A stretch of DNA of 64,000 bases, taken from the NCBI RefSeq assembly GCF_009914755.1, contig NC_060928.1. The stretch is one strand, 5' to 3'. A model generated the notes under the pieces. The model was not told the DNA's origin, did no database searches, and saw nothing but the letters and a program-made list of their open reading frames with translations. The translations under genes were made by a program, and so were the position numbers. This document shows, in pieces, positions 59,681 through 64,000 of this stretch. The number at the start of each line of letters is the position of its first letter. Position 1 is the stretch's first letter. Source of the DNA: the human T2T-CHM13v2.0 reference genome, Homo sapiens.

Positions 59681-60059
59681 TAATTTATTATTTGTCCAAT
59701 TATTTCTGTAGTTATGTGTGAATTTTTTCTCTATAAAAATTTATTTAATAAATGTGGATGGAATGATCATCAGAAATTCATCATTTTACAATGACCAATA
59801 ATGGATCTGATTTAAGCTGCATAAATCATTAGGTGAACGAATAAAAGAAAACTCTCAAACTGACCGTATTCAAACACCTGGTCAAACTTAACAGCAGTAA
59901 GAGAGAAATACACATTTTATGCCTCTTGATGTATTTCCAAAACAAACAAAGAAAAAGAACACAGCATCACTTATAACCATTTCTGAAAAAGGAAAAGGAG
60001 ATGGTTCATCTAATCAAACTCTGGATCTTATTCTATTGTCATTTTGTAGGAAATATAAG

Positions 60060-60300
60060 CACTTGATGCTCAACCTGGATTTGAATCCCAGCTTCACCAC
60101 TTTTTTTGGTGGATGCTTGAGGAAATGAATTAATCTTCTTTAGTTTCCTGATATGTAAAATTGAATAACAACAGTACCTCAAAGGCACAGTGTCTTCTAG
60201 GGTTATTATGAAAAGTCAAAGAGATAATTCTAGTAAAGATCTTATAAAACTACTGTTTAAGAGTAAATCGTATAATCAATTATTATCTATTATTACTATT
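60060..60300 (+). mobile_element. MIR SINE
   Basis: acctggatttgaatcccagcttcaccactt...tagtttcctgatatgtaaaattgaataacaacagtacctc. Confidence 0.75.
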
Positions 60301-60620
60301 GCTTTATAGTTATTAAAAGTCAGCAAACCATACAGAAATTATAGTCTAATTGGAGACACAGGAGTCCAGTAGCAATTTTAGTAGAACATGAGAGTTCCTA
60401 TGAGAATAATGAAAGAATAAAGAGTAAATATGCAGTTTATACTCATTATCCATTCCTTCTCTGAATCCCCACAGTTATATGAGGTTGAGGATATACACAA
60501 AATTTTCTATAGCATGGAAATGATCACTAAGGAACTGACAGTTTGTAAAATTATTCTCTAGTGAAATACCTCCCAGGCTTTGCCTTGCCAGCCACTTAAC
60601 ATTACCTAATGTCTCTGTTC

Positions 60621-62237
<1,617 letters not shown>

Positions 62238-62638
62238 TAAACATTAGTCAATGCAATGCAAATACAATGCAAATTAGCTAAAAAGTGAAAGTGCACATCT
62301 TGCAAGAATCACACTTTCATTTTGCCGATAGAATTATGTCCATGGACTATTCTAGGCACATACAAAACCACTGCCAAATGAAGACTTCACAAGGTTGAGC
62401 AATTAACAATTAAATAAGAAAATATTGATAAAAATTATATTGTATATATTTCAAAAAATGTGTGGAAAATCACGATTTATAGTAGCTTTTAGGGGAAGTT
62501 GGTGCAAACTATATATTTTTAATAAAAATGATGGATTCTTTTGAAAAACTAAAACTCTAATAAAGTATATAATTTTACACTATTATAAAATGTCAGAAAA
62601 ATTATATGCAAAAAGCAACATTTTAAAAATGTGTTTAT

Positions 62639-62678
62639 TTTAAAACTCCAAGTACAGTTTAAAACTCCAAGTACAGTT
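62639..62678. repeat. Perfect 19-bp tandem duplication
   Basis: tttaaaactccaagtacag twice. Confidence 0.95.
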
Positions 62679-63129
62679 GTCCTATATCATGAGTGCTAGG
62701 ACTCATGAAAACTTAAAAGAAAATAATCTACATTGTTCTTTCTTCATTTTATTAACATGGACATTTTCTATTACTGCCCCCCCCTCCCCAGCCTATTGCA
62801 TCACCACCACCATCACCACAACTACCATTTCCTATGACATTTTGATTCCAGTTTTAAACTGATTTATTTTAAGTGGCTTTTTCCTTTACTAAGCTTCCTT
62901 GAATAAGGAAAGCCTCTTGTATGTACCTGCTCTATGTACTCTAGGAGACACAAGATCACAGAAGAAGAAACTTGACTCAGATTTTCAGTGCCAGATACAG
63001 TTTCCTGGAGAATTCTTAGGTACTATGCAAAAGAGCTTAATTTTTATTGTAAAAGTTAAGGGAAGCTATGCAGATTCTTATGCATGGACTTTATATAATA
63101 AGATTTATATCATAAAAAGAGCATTCATG

Positions 63130-63602
63130 AGACACTGCTTATGCCTGCCTCTAAGCTCATCTCCTGCCATTGCTGTAGCAAACAGCTTTGACCAAATGTA
63201 ACCTGCTACTATTGACAGTAACCTTACCTCCATTTGTTTCACTGCATCACTTGCTTTCCATCTTGGTTTTTTTCAGAGGCCATGCCTTTGGATATCTCCC
63301 ACGCACTCAGTATTCATACATGCATAAACCTGGAAAGGCTAGAGAGTAAACAATCCTGGGATAGCATTTGACAAAGAGGGTAAGAACCATGAAACAAATG
63401 ATCTCCTATTATATCTCCCAAGCAGATCATTCTAAGGCCCTCAGAGGATCCCATGGTGGTGACAAGCTAGATCACTCACCATTTTCTTGGCTTTTGCTCT
63501 TTCTCTGTTTTATTTCACCTGAAATAATGTCACCAAATCAACTCCCTGTACCCAAGACTTTCTCTCAAGGTATACTCTGAAGGGAGCATAAGGAGAAGGA
63601 CA
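63130..63602 (+). mobile_element. LTR16-family (ERVL) LTR
   Basis: Degenerate 3' end caccaaatcaactccctgtacccaag..tctcaaggtatactctgaaggga...gaca and ttctaaggccctcagaggatccca. Confidence 0.55.
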
Positions 63603-63609
63603 GGCAGCA

Positions 63610-64000
63610 TCTAATAGAATTCTATGAGACGGCAGGTAAGGTGTCCAGTGATTTTTATAACCCAGGAAAGATAGTAGCTTAAACAAAAGCCATAGAGTAG
63701 TGATAAAGAGAAGGGGTGGATTTTAACAGATCTCCATGAGATAGAATTTGTAAGACTTAGCTGATTAGCTCTTAGGAGCAAGGAGGAGTATGAACCCTAA
63801 ATGGAATCCATGGAGAGGGGCACATCATAAGAAACAGAAAATGGTGCTCTGGGGAAAAGCTGATGAGTTAAATATAAACATGTTAATTTTGTGGTCACAG
63901 TGTGTTTTCTGTGTAAAAATATCTAGAAGACATTTGTACATAAAGTTTTAGAACTCAAAGACTGAGAACTGAGGTCAATCACAAAGATCTATTCAGGAGA
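63610..64000 (-). mobile_element. L2 LINE fragment
   Basis: gatagtagcttaaac...tgataaagagaaggggtggatt...gatagaatttgtaagacttagctgattag...gatgagttaaatataaacatgttaatttt. Confidence 0.55.

Overview
AT-rich, repeat-dense primate DNA, almost certainly human because it holds an L1HS with Ta-1 diagnostic bases. I found no supportable host protein-coding gene, RNA gene or CRISPR array. The long ORFs in the track are LINE-1 ORF1/ORF2 remnants, their antisense frames, or Alu frames. Contents: a 5'-truncated L1PA3 (-), a near full-length L1MA2 (+), a full-length L1PA8 (+), older L1 pieces, seven Alus, several MaLR/ERVL/ERV1 solo LTRs (including an LTR1-type nested in MER21), MIR, L2 and MER20. I see no convincing new multi-gene system. 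The most notable signals are three. (1) A very young, twin-primed (5'-inverted) L1HS with a 19-bp TSD that has Ta-1 diagnostics but the ancestral GAG in place of ACA. (2) A group of locally templated rearrangements: a poly(A)-less internal L1 fragment with a TSD, a 200-bp dispersed duplication, a ~0.95-kb inversion with a 160-bp inverted duplication, and a snap-back filler. (3) Weak candidate exons in unique sequence. Subfamily names come from recalled consensus sequences, and boundaries of old repeats are approximate.
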